Source: Basidiobolus ranarum (lineage: Eukaryota). From it: a stretch of 58,853 nucleotides of DNA. Numbering within the stretch: position 1 is the first letter of the stretch; each line of letters opens with the position of its first letter. The notes beneath the pieces are model-generated. The model was not told the DNA's origin and made no database searches. It saw only the letters and a program-made list of their open reading frames with translations. The stretch covers positions 1-58,853 of the forward strand of contig JASJQH010006884.1 of the NCBI GenBank assembly GCA_040143965.1. The letters run 5' to 3'. The position numbers and the translations under genes were made by a program. Shown piece after piece: positions 26,452 to 39,880 of this stretch.

Positions 26452-28345
26452 ATGGACAATCGAACTGTTGGTATTTTGGGTGGAGGCCAGTTAGGACGCA
26501 TGCTTATTGAAGCTGCTAGTCGTCTCAATATCAACGTTGGCATTCTAGACTCCCCGGATGATGCCCCAGCCAAACAGATTGCTGCTAATCAATTTCACGT
26601 TCGAGGTGATTTCAAGGATCCAGCCAAGATTTCCGAGTTGGCTTCTAAAGTAGACGTTCTTACGGTGGAGATTGAGCACGTAAACACCGAAACACTCGAA
26701 GCTCTTGAGAAAGAAAAGAACATCAAAATACAGCCATCTCCTGCTACTATTCGCCTTATCCAAGATAAGTATGTTCAAAAGGTTCACCTGAGCAAATTTG
26801 GTGTTCCTTTGCCTGATTATAAGGAAGTAAATTCAGTTGAGGACCTTACGAGTGTTGCTCATGAGTGGGGTTATCCTGTTATGCTCAAATCTAAGACTCT
26901 TGCTTATGACGGGCGTGGGAATGCTGTAGTCCGTTCGGATGCTGATGTTAGCGTAGCTATTGAAAAGCTTGGCGGGGTTAGCAAGGGTCTGTATGTCGAA
27001 AGGTGGGCCTCTTTTGTCAAAGAGCTTGCTGTTATGGTCACCAGATCCGTCGATGGAACCGTCAGCTCATATCCTGTCGTTGAGACTATTCAACGTGATA
27101 ATGTATGTCACCTTGTTATCGCTCCTGCCCAAATTGATGGAGCTGCTGCTAAAAAGGCCAAGAAAATCGCCGAGGATGCTATCAAAACTCTTGAAGGAGC
27201 TGGAATCTTTGGAGTTGAAATGTTTTTAATGGAAGATGGTTAGTGAATTCTTTATTTTCTCTCTAATACTGACGAAATTGCTAAATCTGAACAAAACAGG
27301 GGATATTCTACTGAATGAGATTGCTCCTCGTCCTCACAATTCTGGTCACTATACTATAGAAGCTTGCCATACTTCTCAATTCGAAAATCACCTGCGAGCC
27401 ATTCTTGGATTACCCCTCGGGTCCACTGAACTTAAGGTTCCAGTTGCTGCTATGATCAATATTTTAGGAAGCGATACTCTTCAGGAAACTCTTCGCCCTT
27501 GTGCTGTTTCACTTACTACTCCAGGGGCTACTGTTCATCTCTATGGTAAGAAGGAGAGTCGTAAGGGAAGAAAGATGGGACACATTACTGTGGTTGCTGA
27601 CAGTATTCAACAATTGAACGAACGTATTCGACCCATTCTTGATACAATTCCACCTGCTGAAGATGGTTCCCGTGATGCTGATTTGGCTGTTACCCCTATG
27701 GTCGGTGTAATAATGGGATCTGACTCTGACCTCCCAACCATGAAAGCTTGTGCAGATATTTTACGTGACTTTGATGTTCCTTTTGAGCTGACTATTGTTA
27801 GCGCTCATCGTACTCCAGATCGCATGATTGAATATGCTAAGACCGCCCACGAGAGAGGAATTAAAGTAATTATCGCTGCTGCTGGCGGCGCTGCTCATTT
27901 GCCAGGTATAGATATAGTACGATTCCTATATTTGGCGGACTGTAACTAAACCAGCTTCTCTTTTTCAATACTGTATTAGGTATGGTGGCTGCTGTGACTC
28001 CACTTCCTGTCATTGGTGTTCCAATCCAAGGGAAGGTGCTAGACGGCATGGATTCACTTTATTCTATTGTTCAAATGCCTGTAAGTTTCTAACCTAACCC
28101 TAAGTGTAAACCCAAGTGAAACCTTCGTATACTCAACTGTTTCTCATCAATCTCACTAGCGAGGAGTCCCTGTCGCCACCGTTGCCATTGGTAACTCCAC
28201 TAATGCTGCTTTGTTAGCCATTCGCATGTTGGGATCCTTTATTCCCGGCTACCTTGAAAAGATGATCAACTACCAGAACACCATGGAGTCTGAAGTCATG
28301 GCGAAAGTTGGCCGCCTGGACGAAATTGGCTGGGAGAAGTACTGA
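26452..28345 (+). CDS. ADE2: Phosphoribosylaminoimidazole carboxylase (PurK-PurE fusion)
   Basis: [52 protein letters not shown]; 3 introns. Confidence 0.98.
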
Positions 28346-28582
28346 GTGTCGGAGGTGTTGAAGGTATTTGGTTCAACAGGAGATGCTCTTGAAAAACAAT
28401 GTACAGCTCGCCTCTTCTACATGACATCATTCTCAAGCATATAGAATAGACCATTGATTGATTTTTATATAAATAATTGAATCCAAGATACACTATATGA
28501 TCTAATAATCTAATCAATATATCCAAATACCAATACCAATCGTATGTTATCCAATCCACTACCTAGCCCTGCTCCGTTGTTG

Positions 28583-28878
28583 AATATCTCGGCTGGTGGT
28601 AAGCATGAGTCAATTAGTGACACTGATATATGCTAGCCAAGCCACCCAAACTATGATGTGCAGTGTAATTTTATGATACGAATTAAACCAGATATTGAAT
28701 CGAATAGGACCTAGACACATGTGAAGTGTGCCTTGAGTCCAACTCTAAATGGACAGCTCTCAACGGCACTCTATACTTTGTTAGACAGTGTTAGAGGACG
28801 CCACCGAACCGTGTCTAAGGCTGAGAGCGTAGGCCCTCCCGTATCTAATCCTATTACGCCATTTAGAAGGGTACCTAT
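28583..28878 (-). ncRNA. Candidate structured non-coding RNA (unassigned)
   Basis: Nested inverted repeats of 9, 7 and 7 bp plus further hairpins; G-U wobble pairs favour the minus strand. Confidence 0.3.
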
Positions 28879-29063
28879 AAAAGGAAGATATTGAGTAACA
28901 CCAAGACTGGATTTAGTACTTTTATCGAGAAACAATTGTCACCCGACCTCAGAAGTTCCAAAAAGGGAGATCTAATGTAACATAGCTGGGAGATAATGAT
29001 GATCCAGTTGTATTCTTTGTGAGGAATGAATGTCTTTCTTTTACACGCAAAATGTTGACAAAG

Positions 29064-29071
29064 TGACTCAT
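29064..29071 (+). promoter_or_regulatory. AP-1/Gcn4-type site TGACTCAT
   Basis: Exact match ~110 bp upstream of the PRTase-like ATG; a TGAGTCA site also lies at 30912-30918 upstream of the M17 peptidase. Confidence 0.35.
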
Positions 29072-29180
29072 CCAAGGTCAGATAGACCTAAGGATTACTA
29101 TTTGAGATTTGCCAGGGTATATATTGAGCTCAGAAGTCCATAGCATCGCATATCTCCAGACTTCCATTTTTAACTTCACC

Positions 29181-30001
29181 ATGAAAGCTTTATCTTATCA
29201 CGCCAGAGTTGGTACAATTCCAAATGAGCTAATTGGTGTTCATAATGACTACCGTGTCAAAAATCATTGCCTATTCCAATCACCAGCAGAAGCTGCTCGA
29301 GTACTTTCGCAAAGACTAAAAGAATATCAACATTCACCCAACACAGGTATGTCGCTCTTACTGTTCTACAGTTGATTGTCGATTCTAATTATCTTTCAGT
29401 GGTTGTTACTGTTTCTTCTCATCAGTATGCGGTCGAGAGTGAAATCAGTGATTACATAAGCGAATCCTTAGGTTTGCCACAGGAGAAAATCTTCACCAGA
29501 AAGGTCATTCATCCAACGAACAGACTCCCCATCGCTACAGTGATATCTGGAGGCAAAATTGTTTATGAGAAGGAGGTTTTGAAGGGATTGAACTTGCCCG
29601 AGGAACAAATCAACACGTTGATTGAACAAGAAGTATGATTATCATGGATCATTTATTTATAAATGAGAATTGCAGTACTAACGTCTCCATTCACTTAGAA
29701 AGCGTTGATGAATACTGACTTTGAGAAATTCCAAATCCCATCCGTTTCATTCCCAGATGTTGAAGGGAAAACTTTAATTCTTGTCTCTGATGGGTTATGC
29801 TATGGCTTTACCATGCGCTCAGCAATCAAGGCTATCAAAGACTCCGGTAAACCTCACCGTATAGTTATTGCCACTCCAGTAGCGGGAGCTGATACTGTGA
29901 GACAAATGATGAAGTATGTTAATGATGTAGTTGCATTGGAAATCCCAAGAAACCTTGGTTCAATCGCACATTGGTACAGTCAGAATGTTAATTTCGATTA
30001 A
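29181..30001 (+). CDS. Degenerate type I phosphoribosyltransferase-like protein (COG1926-like)
   Basis: LFQSPAEAARVLSQRLKEY...RKV...EGKTLILVSDGLCYGFTMRSAIKAI...RIVIATPVA...DVVALEIP...SIAHWY; 2 GT-AG introns. Confidence 0.8.
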
Positions 30002-30978
30002 CAATATCAAAATCACTGTATGTATAATGACTATCTCCTGCACCTACTAATACTCTTGATCATTGTGTATTTATTTGTATAGTTTATTGATTTTCTATGG
30101 TTGTATTGAAATTGCATATTTATATAAATCATGGACAAATTGAGTTTATGCTGACAATATTATTACCATCAGAAACGAAGCGGAATAACAAGGATGAATA
30201 GAAACAGATACTGGAATATTCTACACTCTATTATGCAGATCAGATGGTCCCAGAAGATGTGATTGTAGAGTCCGTACAATGCAATTAAGCTGGATACCCT
30301 CGTACCACATTGAACCAGTCCCCGTTGGCCCCACCAAGCTGTATTCAAAATACTGGGACATTTATGGAAATGATAAATCCGAAAACAAATCTGCATTCGT
30401 GGGAAAGGGACAGTTGTGCAATGTCAAAAAAGACCATGCACAGGTATAATCCTTCTTGTAAGCTGAATTGTGAGCCGTTAATACCAATATTACTCCCACA
30501 TTCAACATGTGGGAATCCACAGCACGGGATTTATGATGAATGTATTGTAATCCCGAGCTCTGGAAGAACACCAATATTCCCTTTGTGTTAGTTTCCTGCT
30601 TTTGGGTGATTTTATTCATTATGCGAATTATTCTCTACTCTTCTACCAGAAGATGATGGTCAAAGAACCCATGCCGAGAATTTTAGCCGGATAAGCAAAA
30701 AATTGAATTTTTTGAACTTGGAATACTTCGATATTAAATTTGATTGGATTTAAACGGAAATGTTACTAAAATTATCGTCTTTCTTTTTGAGATAACATCA
30801 GTATATCTCAAGATCGTAGATGATTAAAATTGACTCTTCATAATGAAATGAACTAGTTCAGGAGCTGCTAGTTATATGTATGTAGATGACGAAATCAGAT
30901 ACGTATATAATTGAGTCATTAACGTTTTCCTTTAGTTGAGAAATATTTTTTTAACTTCTCTCCCTTTTCTCTATTATA

Positions 30979-32668
30979 ATGGGTGTTCCAAAAATTACAA
31001 TCCTTTCTTCCAGCCAAGATTTGGCTTCGTCTAGTTATGACGGCCTCGTTCTTCTATTTACCGATATTAAGAAATTGTCTCCAGAGGTTTTGACCTTAGA
31101 CTCTGCTGCCACTATCGCTGCTTACACTCAAGCCGATAAGAGTGCCGGCTCTCAAGTCTCTTTCTTTGTTGACTCCAAAGCTCCCGGTGGCAGAATTATC
31201 TTGGCTCCTACCGGCTCATTGTTTGGTGATACCGACGATGCTCGTAAAATTGGAGGTACTTCCTTTCTGTTTTTTTCATATTGTCAAGTAATTGTTACTT
31301 AAAAAATCCCTTTTCGAAATAGAAACTGCTACCAAGGCTGTTCAACGTGCTCGTCAAGCTGGAGTAACCAATCCTCTCATTCACTTTGTCGATCCACCCA
31401 AAGACCACCCTGAATACAAACGTTATTTGGAAGTTGCTCTTTTGGGCGCTCTTGAGGCCTGTTACGAATATCTTGAATACAGAGAGCATATCGAGAAGAT
31501 TGGTCAAGCTTCTCCCGAAAGTGTCAAGGAATTCGGTGTGTTAGCAACCGATATTGATACTGCCAAGCTTGAAGTCATTGTCAAGAAAGTTCTTGATATT
31601 GAACAAGGAAGAAGACTATGCAGAGATGTTGGTAGTCCCGATCCTGAACGTATGACTCCTTTGAATTTCGCCAAATATGTTAAAGAATCCCTCGCCGGTG
31701 CTAAGAACACCACATTGACTATCATCGATGATTTGGATACTTTGAACAAAGAATATCCCCTTCTTCATGCTGTAGCCAGATGCTCTCTAGATGTTGAAAG
31801 ACACAAGCCATGTGTAGTCCGTATTGAATACAAATCTCCCGAGCCATCTAAAGTTAAAGAAAACCTTTACTTTGTCGGTAAAGGTGTCACATATGATACT
31901 GGAGGTGCTGATTTGAAGGTAAACGGTGCCATGAGAGGTATGTCACGTGATAAATTGGGAGCTGCTGCTGTCGCCGGTTTCATGAAGACTGTTGCTGAAC
32001 AGCAACCTACCAATGTAAACATCATTGCTGATTTGGGTATGGTTCGTAACAGTATCGGTCCTGATGCCTACCTCAGTGACGAGATTATCTACTCCAGAGC
32101 TGGAGTTAGAGTCCTTGTTGGTAACACTGACGCTGAAGGCCGTATGGTAATGACCGATCTTTTGTGTCATATGCGTGAACGTGTGATGGAATTACGTGAG
32201 AAGGGAGATGAGACACCCGCTAGATTGTTCACTGTTGCCACTCTCACTGGTCACGCTATTAGAGCCGCTGGTCCCTATACCTGCTCTCTTGATAATGGAC
32301 CTGCACGTAAAGACAAGATCTCTAACCGTCTTTTCAACGCCGGCGCTGAATGGGCTGATCCTTGTGAGATCTCTACCTTGCGTAGAGAAGATATGGCCGT
32401 TGTCGCTCCCGGTAGCTCACGTGAAGACGTAGTACAAGCCAACGATAAGCCCAGTACTATGACCAACCGTGGTCATCAACTCCCCGCTGCTTTCATGGTC
32501 ATTGCCTCAGGACTCGATAAACACGGGTTAGATGCTGAACCTAAGAAGCAAATTGCCTACACTCATCTTGATATTGCTGGTTCCGCCGAAGGAGATGCAC
32601 ATGGACTTAGTCTTCCAGATGTCACTGGTAGACCTATACCCTCCTTTGTTGGTGCCTTCTTGGAGTAA
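30979..32668 (+). CDS. M17 leucyl aminopeptidase family protein
   Basis: VGKGVTYDTGG, MSRDK, NTDAEGR, ATLTG, HLDIAG motifs; one intron. Confidence 0.93.
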
Positions 32669-32989
32669 TTTATTCCGGTCTGGTATCTAATATAATCACG
32701 TGTAAAAGCAATTTTTAAAAGGAATTCGAAGCAAATAGTATAGTTATTTGGATTCATTCCCAATTGCAACACCTTTACTACATTGAAAGTAATCATGATA
32801 CGAAACCACTGTAAAGAGAATAAAATTTCATTATATATTGTTCACATACTGCTCTCCATAGTAAGGACGGATTTGGTATGTAATATAATTACTCACTTTC
32901 ACCGCAATGAGGATGATTTTACTATGTATATTTATTCACTTTCATGTAAGGATGGACCTACGATGTATATTCACTGGATAGATACACCA

Positions 32990-33970
32990 CTATAATTGAC
33001 AATCCAACAAGATATTATCGATTAAACGAGTCTCACCAACTCTAATGGCACCAGACAAAATAGCACCGTCTTCATTAACGGTGTCAAGCTCGTGTAGTTG
33101 ATAAGGATGGGCGATACTGATGTAATCGAAGGAAACACGTGGTTCGGATTTGATAACATCTTGAGCAATTTCAATCAATTTCTTAGCGTCTTTGATACCA
33201 GAAGAGTAAGCATCCTTAGCAGCAAGAAGTCCTTTGTATAAAATCACGGCATAACTACGCTCCTCTTGAGTAAGATAACGATTACGACTACTCAATGCCA
33301 AACCATCTTCTTCACGAACGATAGGACCGGCAATCATTTCAATAGGAAGGCATAAATCGGTGATCATCGTACGTATCACTACACATTGTTGAGCATCTTT
33401 CTGACCAAAGAAAGCCATATCAGGTTGAATAATATTGAAGAATTTCAATACAACCGTAGCAACACCACGGAAGAAATGTGGTCTAATACTTCCTTCCATT
33501 TGTAATGATTTTCCTAATACTTCCACGAAAGTCCCTTTTTGTTCGCTAACGTTTAAAGTGATACCACTTGGATACATTTCTTGAACTGAAGGTACAAGTA
33601 CTACATCACAACAACCAGTCTCTCCTAATAATTTTATATCGTCTTCTAAAGTTCGGGGATATTGGTCAAGATCTTCGGTAGGTGCGAATTGCGCTGGATT
33701 AACGAAAATACTCATAACTACCATATCATTCTTGGACTTGGCAAGTTTAACCAAACTAAGATGACCAGAGTGTAAGGCACCCATAGTAGGTACAAAACCT
33801 ACTTTTTTACCTTCTAGTACCATTTGATGTCTCCATTTTCTATAATCAGCAAAGTTATAGAATACTTGTGGTTTGGTAACTAAAGTTTTTTAAGAAATAT
33901 AAGGTTATTATACTGGAAGTATATCAGTAATTTCTTTACTACTCTTACCTGTCACTGGAATGTCGGACAT
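32990..33970 (-). CDS. PAN6: Pantoate-beta-alanine ligase (pantothenate synthetase)
   Basis: GFVPTMGALHSGH, SIFVNPAQF, RPHFFRGV, FGQKD, GLALSSRN, RLIDN; short first exon MSDIPVT. Confidence 0.96.
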
Positions 33971-34481
33971 ATTGTATGTTCAATACTTAACAAAATTGGT
34001 AGAAGACAACCTAACGATGTTTGAATGATTTCTTTCGAAAAGATTCCAATGACTGGTATCGAAATAGGTTAGTGATTATTATATATATGCACCTTATATA
34101 GATCCACATTTGGCTTTATCTTCAAGAATAATTCCATGCCACTTGATGGTTACTAGTAATTTCCCATTTTGGGGGGGGGATAGAATTTTCCCGAGAGCCA
34201 AGTCTTTCTCATCTAGAAAAATAATTATCTATATGTTATCAATTCATTGGATTCAATGGAAATTAATATCAGAGTTCTCATCATTAGGTTGGTTTTTTTC
34301 AAGAATTTTATCGATTTTATATGCAAATTGAATTAATGGAGAAAATTGAGATGGTAAAGCCAATACGACCAAATACTTTTACGAAAAAAACAAATTACTT
34401 GCTATACAATGTCACGTGTATGAGTGAGAAGGGGGAGAGAGGAGGGGATAAATTTAATTGGTTGGGTGAATGAGTGACAAT

Positions 34482-36664
34482 TTAAGCATCATGCTTAAGT
34501 ACGAGTGCAGTTCGACTAGGGATGTAGACTTGGATATGATTGGGTCGGCCATACCATTCCTCATTAACTGAGAAGAATTCTTGATTTGGATTGATACGAT
34601 CGTGTCCACCGAATACGGGGCTATCAGTATTCAGTACAACGGTGTACTTGCCGGCCCATCCAGTACCAATCTTGTAATCACTGAAGCTCTTACTAGGGTG
34701 GAAATTGAAGATCCAGAGAAGACCTGCTCGCTCGAACGCAATGATCTTATCTTCTTCGTGTTTATGGGAGACGTAAGCTTGGGGGGCTTCTAACCAACGG
34801 TACTCTCCTTCCAAAGTATTCATAGCGCGATCGAACTCATTAAGATGCTTGAAACGGAGTAAATCATCCTGTACCAAGTTGAACTGACGTCTGGCATACT
34901 GGAAGCTACTACCATTACCATCTCGTGGGAAATCAAGCCATTCTGGATGTCCAAATTCATTTCCTTCAAAGTTGAGGTAGCCTTCACCACCGAGGCCTTG
35001 GGTTATTAAGCGGATTAGTTTGTGAAGCGCAATTCCACGATCAATGATAGGGGTCAAGGGGGAAAGGACTGACATGCAGTCATACATTTCTTTGTCCATC
35101 AACCAGAAAGCAATGGTCTTATCTCCAACTAATGCTTGATCGTGAGATTCGCAATAAGTGATGGTCTTCTCCATATGGCGACGGTTGGTTAGAGTGAATA
35201 CAATATGTCCCATCTTCCAATCGTCGTCACGTACTTCCTTCAGGAGTTCGATCCACATATCGGGGACTGCCATACTTAAGCGGTAGTCAAAGCCAACACC
35301 ACCCTCGGCAACTGGGCGACAGAGACCTGGCATGCCAGATACATCTTCCGCTATGGTGATGGTTTCGGGATACAACTTGTGTAGCATGTGATTACCAAGC
35401 ATTAAGTAAACAACTGCTTCCTCATCAACATTCTCATTGAAGTATTCATGGTAGCCTCCGCTGAAGCCAGTACCAATTCCATGATGAACATACATCATGG
35501 AGGTAACTCCATCGAATCGGAACCCATCGATTCTAAACTCCTCCATGTAAAAGCGGAGATTAGAGAGCAAGAAACGAAGCACTTCATGGTTGCCGTAGTT
35601 GAATAGACGACTGTTCCACAGCTCATGACGGCCCTTGGTACCTTCATGGAAGTAACAATGGTCAGAGCCATCAAATTGGTTCAAACCGTCAAGTACATTG
35701 TTGGAGGCGTGTGAGTGAACCATATCTAAGAGAATGTAGATTCCCATTCCGTGGGCAGTGTCGATAAGTCTTTTCAAGTCTTCAGGTGTACCATAGCGAC
35801 TTGAAATGGCGAAGAAGCTAGTGACCTGGTAACCGAAACTAGCATAATAAGCATGCTCCATAATGGCCATCAATTGAATAGCATTATAACCAAGTCTAGC
35901 AATATGAGGTAAGACATTCTCGGTAAATTCATTGTAAGTGGCAACTTTAGGCTCGGGGCTAGAGATACCAACATGCGCCTCGTAGATCTTAAGATCAAGG
36001 GGCTTAGGAGGAGCCTTATTCTTCCAGACATATGGTTTCTCGGGATTCCAGAACCGAGCATCATATATAGGACTAACGTTCAAATCTTGGGTAACGCGTT
36101 TAGCCCAAGCAGGGAGACGATCAATGCGGTCACCTTGTTGTGTAGTCATGGAGATTTTGATTCTACTATCATGTGGAATGGCCACTGTACCGTCGGCTTT
36201 GTTAGGAACGAGAGTTTCCCACACACCGAACTCATCCTTCTTCATAGGGTTGGCTTGATGGTCCCAGTTATTGAAGTCACCAATAAGACTAGCAGCGACC
36301 GCGGTAGGCGCCCATTCACGGTAAACAACGCCTTTAGGAGTTACATTCAAACCCAACTTCTCATAACCACGGGAGAATTTGTCAAAGCCGCCTTCATACT
36401 GCTCAATTTTGTCACACCATTCTTGGAACTTGGCATATCTACATTTAATGGAATACAAATGACAGAAGTTTAGTAGAAGTTTGAAAGAACATTTCCTTTG
36501 TAGTGGATGCATTACCTCTTTGCAAGTGCAGGAGCATATGGTTTAAGCCAAGGATCAATTTCAACGATGCCAGTGCCAGGTGCAGAGGGTTGTGGAGTTT
36601 CCTCAACAGCAGGCTTGGTCTTAGTAGATTGAAGGGATTTTTGATTCATGGGAACAACAGTCAT
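34482..36664 (-). CDS. GLC3: 1,4-alpha-glucan (glycogen) branching enzyme, GH13
   Basis: [30 protein letters not shown]; one intron; start could instead be the ATG at 36649. Confidence 0.96.
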
Positions 36665-37633
36665 AACTATACGATGAAATAAGGTTGACTGAGCAGTAAC
36701 CACAGCTTTCGCAACCGTACCGTTTATAAATAAGATTTGATGGGGAAACGGGAATCGAATGGCATTGTCTCAACGCTGTACGAAATCTCGGTCAGATACA
36801 TCAGATTAGCATGGCAGTCACGAGAATGGAATGAGAAGGTATCAGAGAATCGATTACACGCAAGATTAACATTTGTTATGGGGAATAGTCCTTTTTTGTG
36901 CTAATTGGCTCAAAAACATAACCATTGCCAGCAACGTAATCTCCAATGATCTTGATCCTGATCCAGACCCGGATTCTCCAATTGCGAGAAGCAGACACCC
37001 ACGTACACGTAGAAGTGAGCATGTGTGATATAACCGATAGCCATGCCCAACTATGCCATAAATACGTCAATAAGAGGCAAGAGCCTTAGATACGACAGTG
37101 AGAAATGCTAGTTGAAAGTCAACTTTACGTCATCTTGCTATCGTCAGTTATTGATCCGGGAATTCATGGTCTTTGGGGCTATGACGAATTGGTGGGCAGT
37201 GGCTTGTTGGAAGCATCCAAATTTTGAATCAAGAAAATACTTGTATACGAGCCATCCACTCGCAATCTACTCGCCACCAATGCCTAATTTGGTTCTATGA
37301 TTATCTATGATCAGCTATGAATTGTAGCACTGGCAGTGATGGCGAACTTGGTTAAAGTGAATCTCAATATCACACTTGCCCAGCGTTTCCATTCTGGAAG
37401 TTAATGGCTGTAAGATCATGGTTTCTCCAGGGTATAAAGGGCTAGAGCTACGATAAGAGCATCGGACAATGGGCAGTGAGTGATGGATGATACGTACTAC
37501 ATGACAACAAAATATGGGGGCTTATTTACTATGAGTAGATATCGGTAGATCACATGATATTACTAATAGATAGATTTCGAACTAGTGACAGCAATTGGAA
37601 ATCCTGGCTCTGTCAAGAGCTGTTCGAAGCTGC

Positions 37634-38679
37634 TCAAAAGACAGTTGTTTGTACAAGACCAGGGAGGTAGTCTGGTGGCTTGATTAATGCAGTCTCATAT
37701 GCTGGTGGCATTTCTTCTCTCTCGTTGAGCTTGTTGGAAAATATATGTACAGGTAATTGAACAGTCAGAAATCGCTTTTTCCTCAACAAATCGATCAAGC
37801 TGATCTGTACCTCTACAAAATGCCATAAATGAATGTATTTCGATTTACTGTCTGCCCTTACTGAACCTTGTCCTTTTGGGACCTTCAGAATAAGTGCTTG
37901 CTCCCACCAACCAGGCGTTTTTGGCCTCCAAACACAAGAGACTCTATCAATCATCTCCTCATGTGTATCTGACCATTCTTCAAAGAAAGTTCGGTATCTC
38001 GTGGCTTCCTTTAGTCGAAAATGAACTTTGAATATTTTGATTCCACAAGATAAAGGTTGAATCCCTAACATGATGGGTATTTCATGTCCAACAATAACAC
38101 GAGGACATGGTATTTCCACAGAGAATTTCATCTGTCCGTGAACATCTCCGGTACGTATCCTCAAGGGCTCTAAATCAGTAGATATGGGGCCAAATGAACG
38201 CTCAACATGTACATATCGTTCACTTTCAAGACTTGTACGAAATCCTGACTTATGAACAACTGCTCTGAACTGATAGCTAATATATCCCTTCTGTGTATGA
38301 ACTGTTTCCGGTATATTCCCATTTAACGGCATTTCGAAATGATACTCGTATCTCCCTTTCTTAAATAACTTGGAGTTCTCGGTCTCCTCGGTAAAACACC
38401 AATTCTTTTTAACTATCGTGTTCTTATATGGCTTTGTTTCTAGTAAGGTTTATAAAGTTAAAAACCTGAGGCAAAAAAAGTGTAGATATAAATAGAAATA
38501 GTACCGTGAATGAGAGCATGTCCAGCAAAGTTTAGTTCGATGGACTTTATTTTGATAGAGTGACAGATCTGTAACAGTAAGTATCCTCGAAGGACGCAAC
38601 CGGCAGATTCTTGGCTAGTTCCACGCAAGATTATGTGGTCATTCTCCAGGTGAATGGAAAGAGAATTTCTGTAGAACAT
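37634..38679 (-). CDS. Alpha-arrestin-like protein with PY motifs
   Basis: N-terminal LRG...LRGYLLL...KIKSIELNF, YEYRFEMPL...IPET...GYISY; C-terminal PPAY and PPDY; one intron. Confidence 0.88.
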
Positions 38680-39880
38680 GATATTTTCAGGAAAGTTTTC
38701 AGAATATTTGATTATTCAAATAGAGTGTAGGTAGCAGTAAAGCTTCTAATATGAAATTCTACAGAGTTTAATAAAACTATTTAATATCTGTATGGGTTTC
38801 AAGAGCGTCTTGGTTTTAGTACGTGGGAAGAGGTTTAATGAGAATGGTCGATGTAGCGTTAGTTGGTTCTAAAGATTAAATTCGAAGTAACATGTACAAG
38901 GAGTAGTGGTGCTATTACATCGGCCCGAGTGACCATTTTATGTTGATGGTAGTTGCACTTGCACTCGTGAAAGGAGTGGACTGTCGTTCATTCTCGACCA
39001 CTGATATAGTAACATGGTGCAGATTTCTCACTTTTGACCCTTTCAACTTAATTAAGGACATTGTATCACGTTGATGTCAGTTTAGTTACCAAATTAAAAA
39101 GCTATTAAGTGATGTCCAGTTTGTGGAGGAATTGTTGTTGCTATTATGCGAGGTGAATTCCTCTATTTTCCGAGCAATGGTTATGTATATTAAAGCCACA
39201 TTAACCAGCCAAGCTATCTAGTGGGGTGTGTCTCAGACGCTTAGTGTTTATCTGTTTCTTGGAGCTAGTGTTTGTGTTCAGATCAGAAATGCTTATACTG
39301 GATTAGCCGATATTCACCGTTCATACCTAAAGTAATGAATTGACGTCCCGAAATCAGTCAGCAGGTCCATATAGGGGATATAGGTAATATTATGCTACTT
39401 AATGCACTAAGATCAATAGTGACATCTCATTTTACCAACAGCAGGTACAGTTGCTAATGAAGAGGGCACGGATCAGTTAGGCAAACTCGCTTTATATTCC
39501 GCTTTATATCGTGACCAATGCGGCCTATGTTGACTGCAGGTTTGATATGTGAGAGCGATGTGGAAGCGATATCCAAGCGTTAATTGATTGTTGAAAATGG
39601 TAAGAGCGCTCACGAAATATATACCATAATTTACCGCTAGATTAAGAGACCAAGCCATACCAACCTTGACGACGTATTTTGAACTTGGTGTCAACCCAAT
39701 AGCAATATCGCTGATGAAGGCTATATGGAATAATAACTATCGATGTATAATAAATATCAGAGAAGAGGCAGGAGTTTTCAAGTATAATCTTTGATGTTTT
39801 AATAGACTATTTGACCTGGTTCTTGCTGAACAATACAGGTGTTAAGAATATTGATAAGAGTACTCAAGAAATGATTCAAT

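Noticed and set aside
28566-28597. SRP RNA helix-8-like CCAGCCG...CGGAGCAGG on the minus strand
   Set aside because: Loop is 13 nt instead of a GNRA tetraloop and the CAGG motif is incomplete
26452-30001. ADE2 plus PRTase as a purine gene cluster
   Set aside because: Adjacency only; the PRTase motifs are degenerate and no other purine genes are present
30169-30680. Several 75-93 aa ORFs between the PRTase and M17 genes
   Set aside because: No recognisable family; stops in all extended frames; at most an unidentifiable decayed fragment
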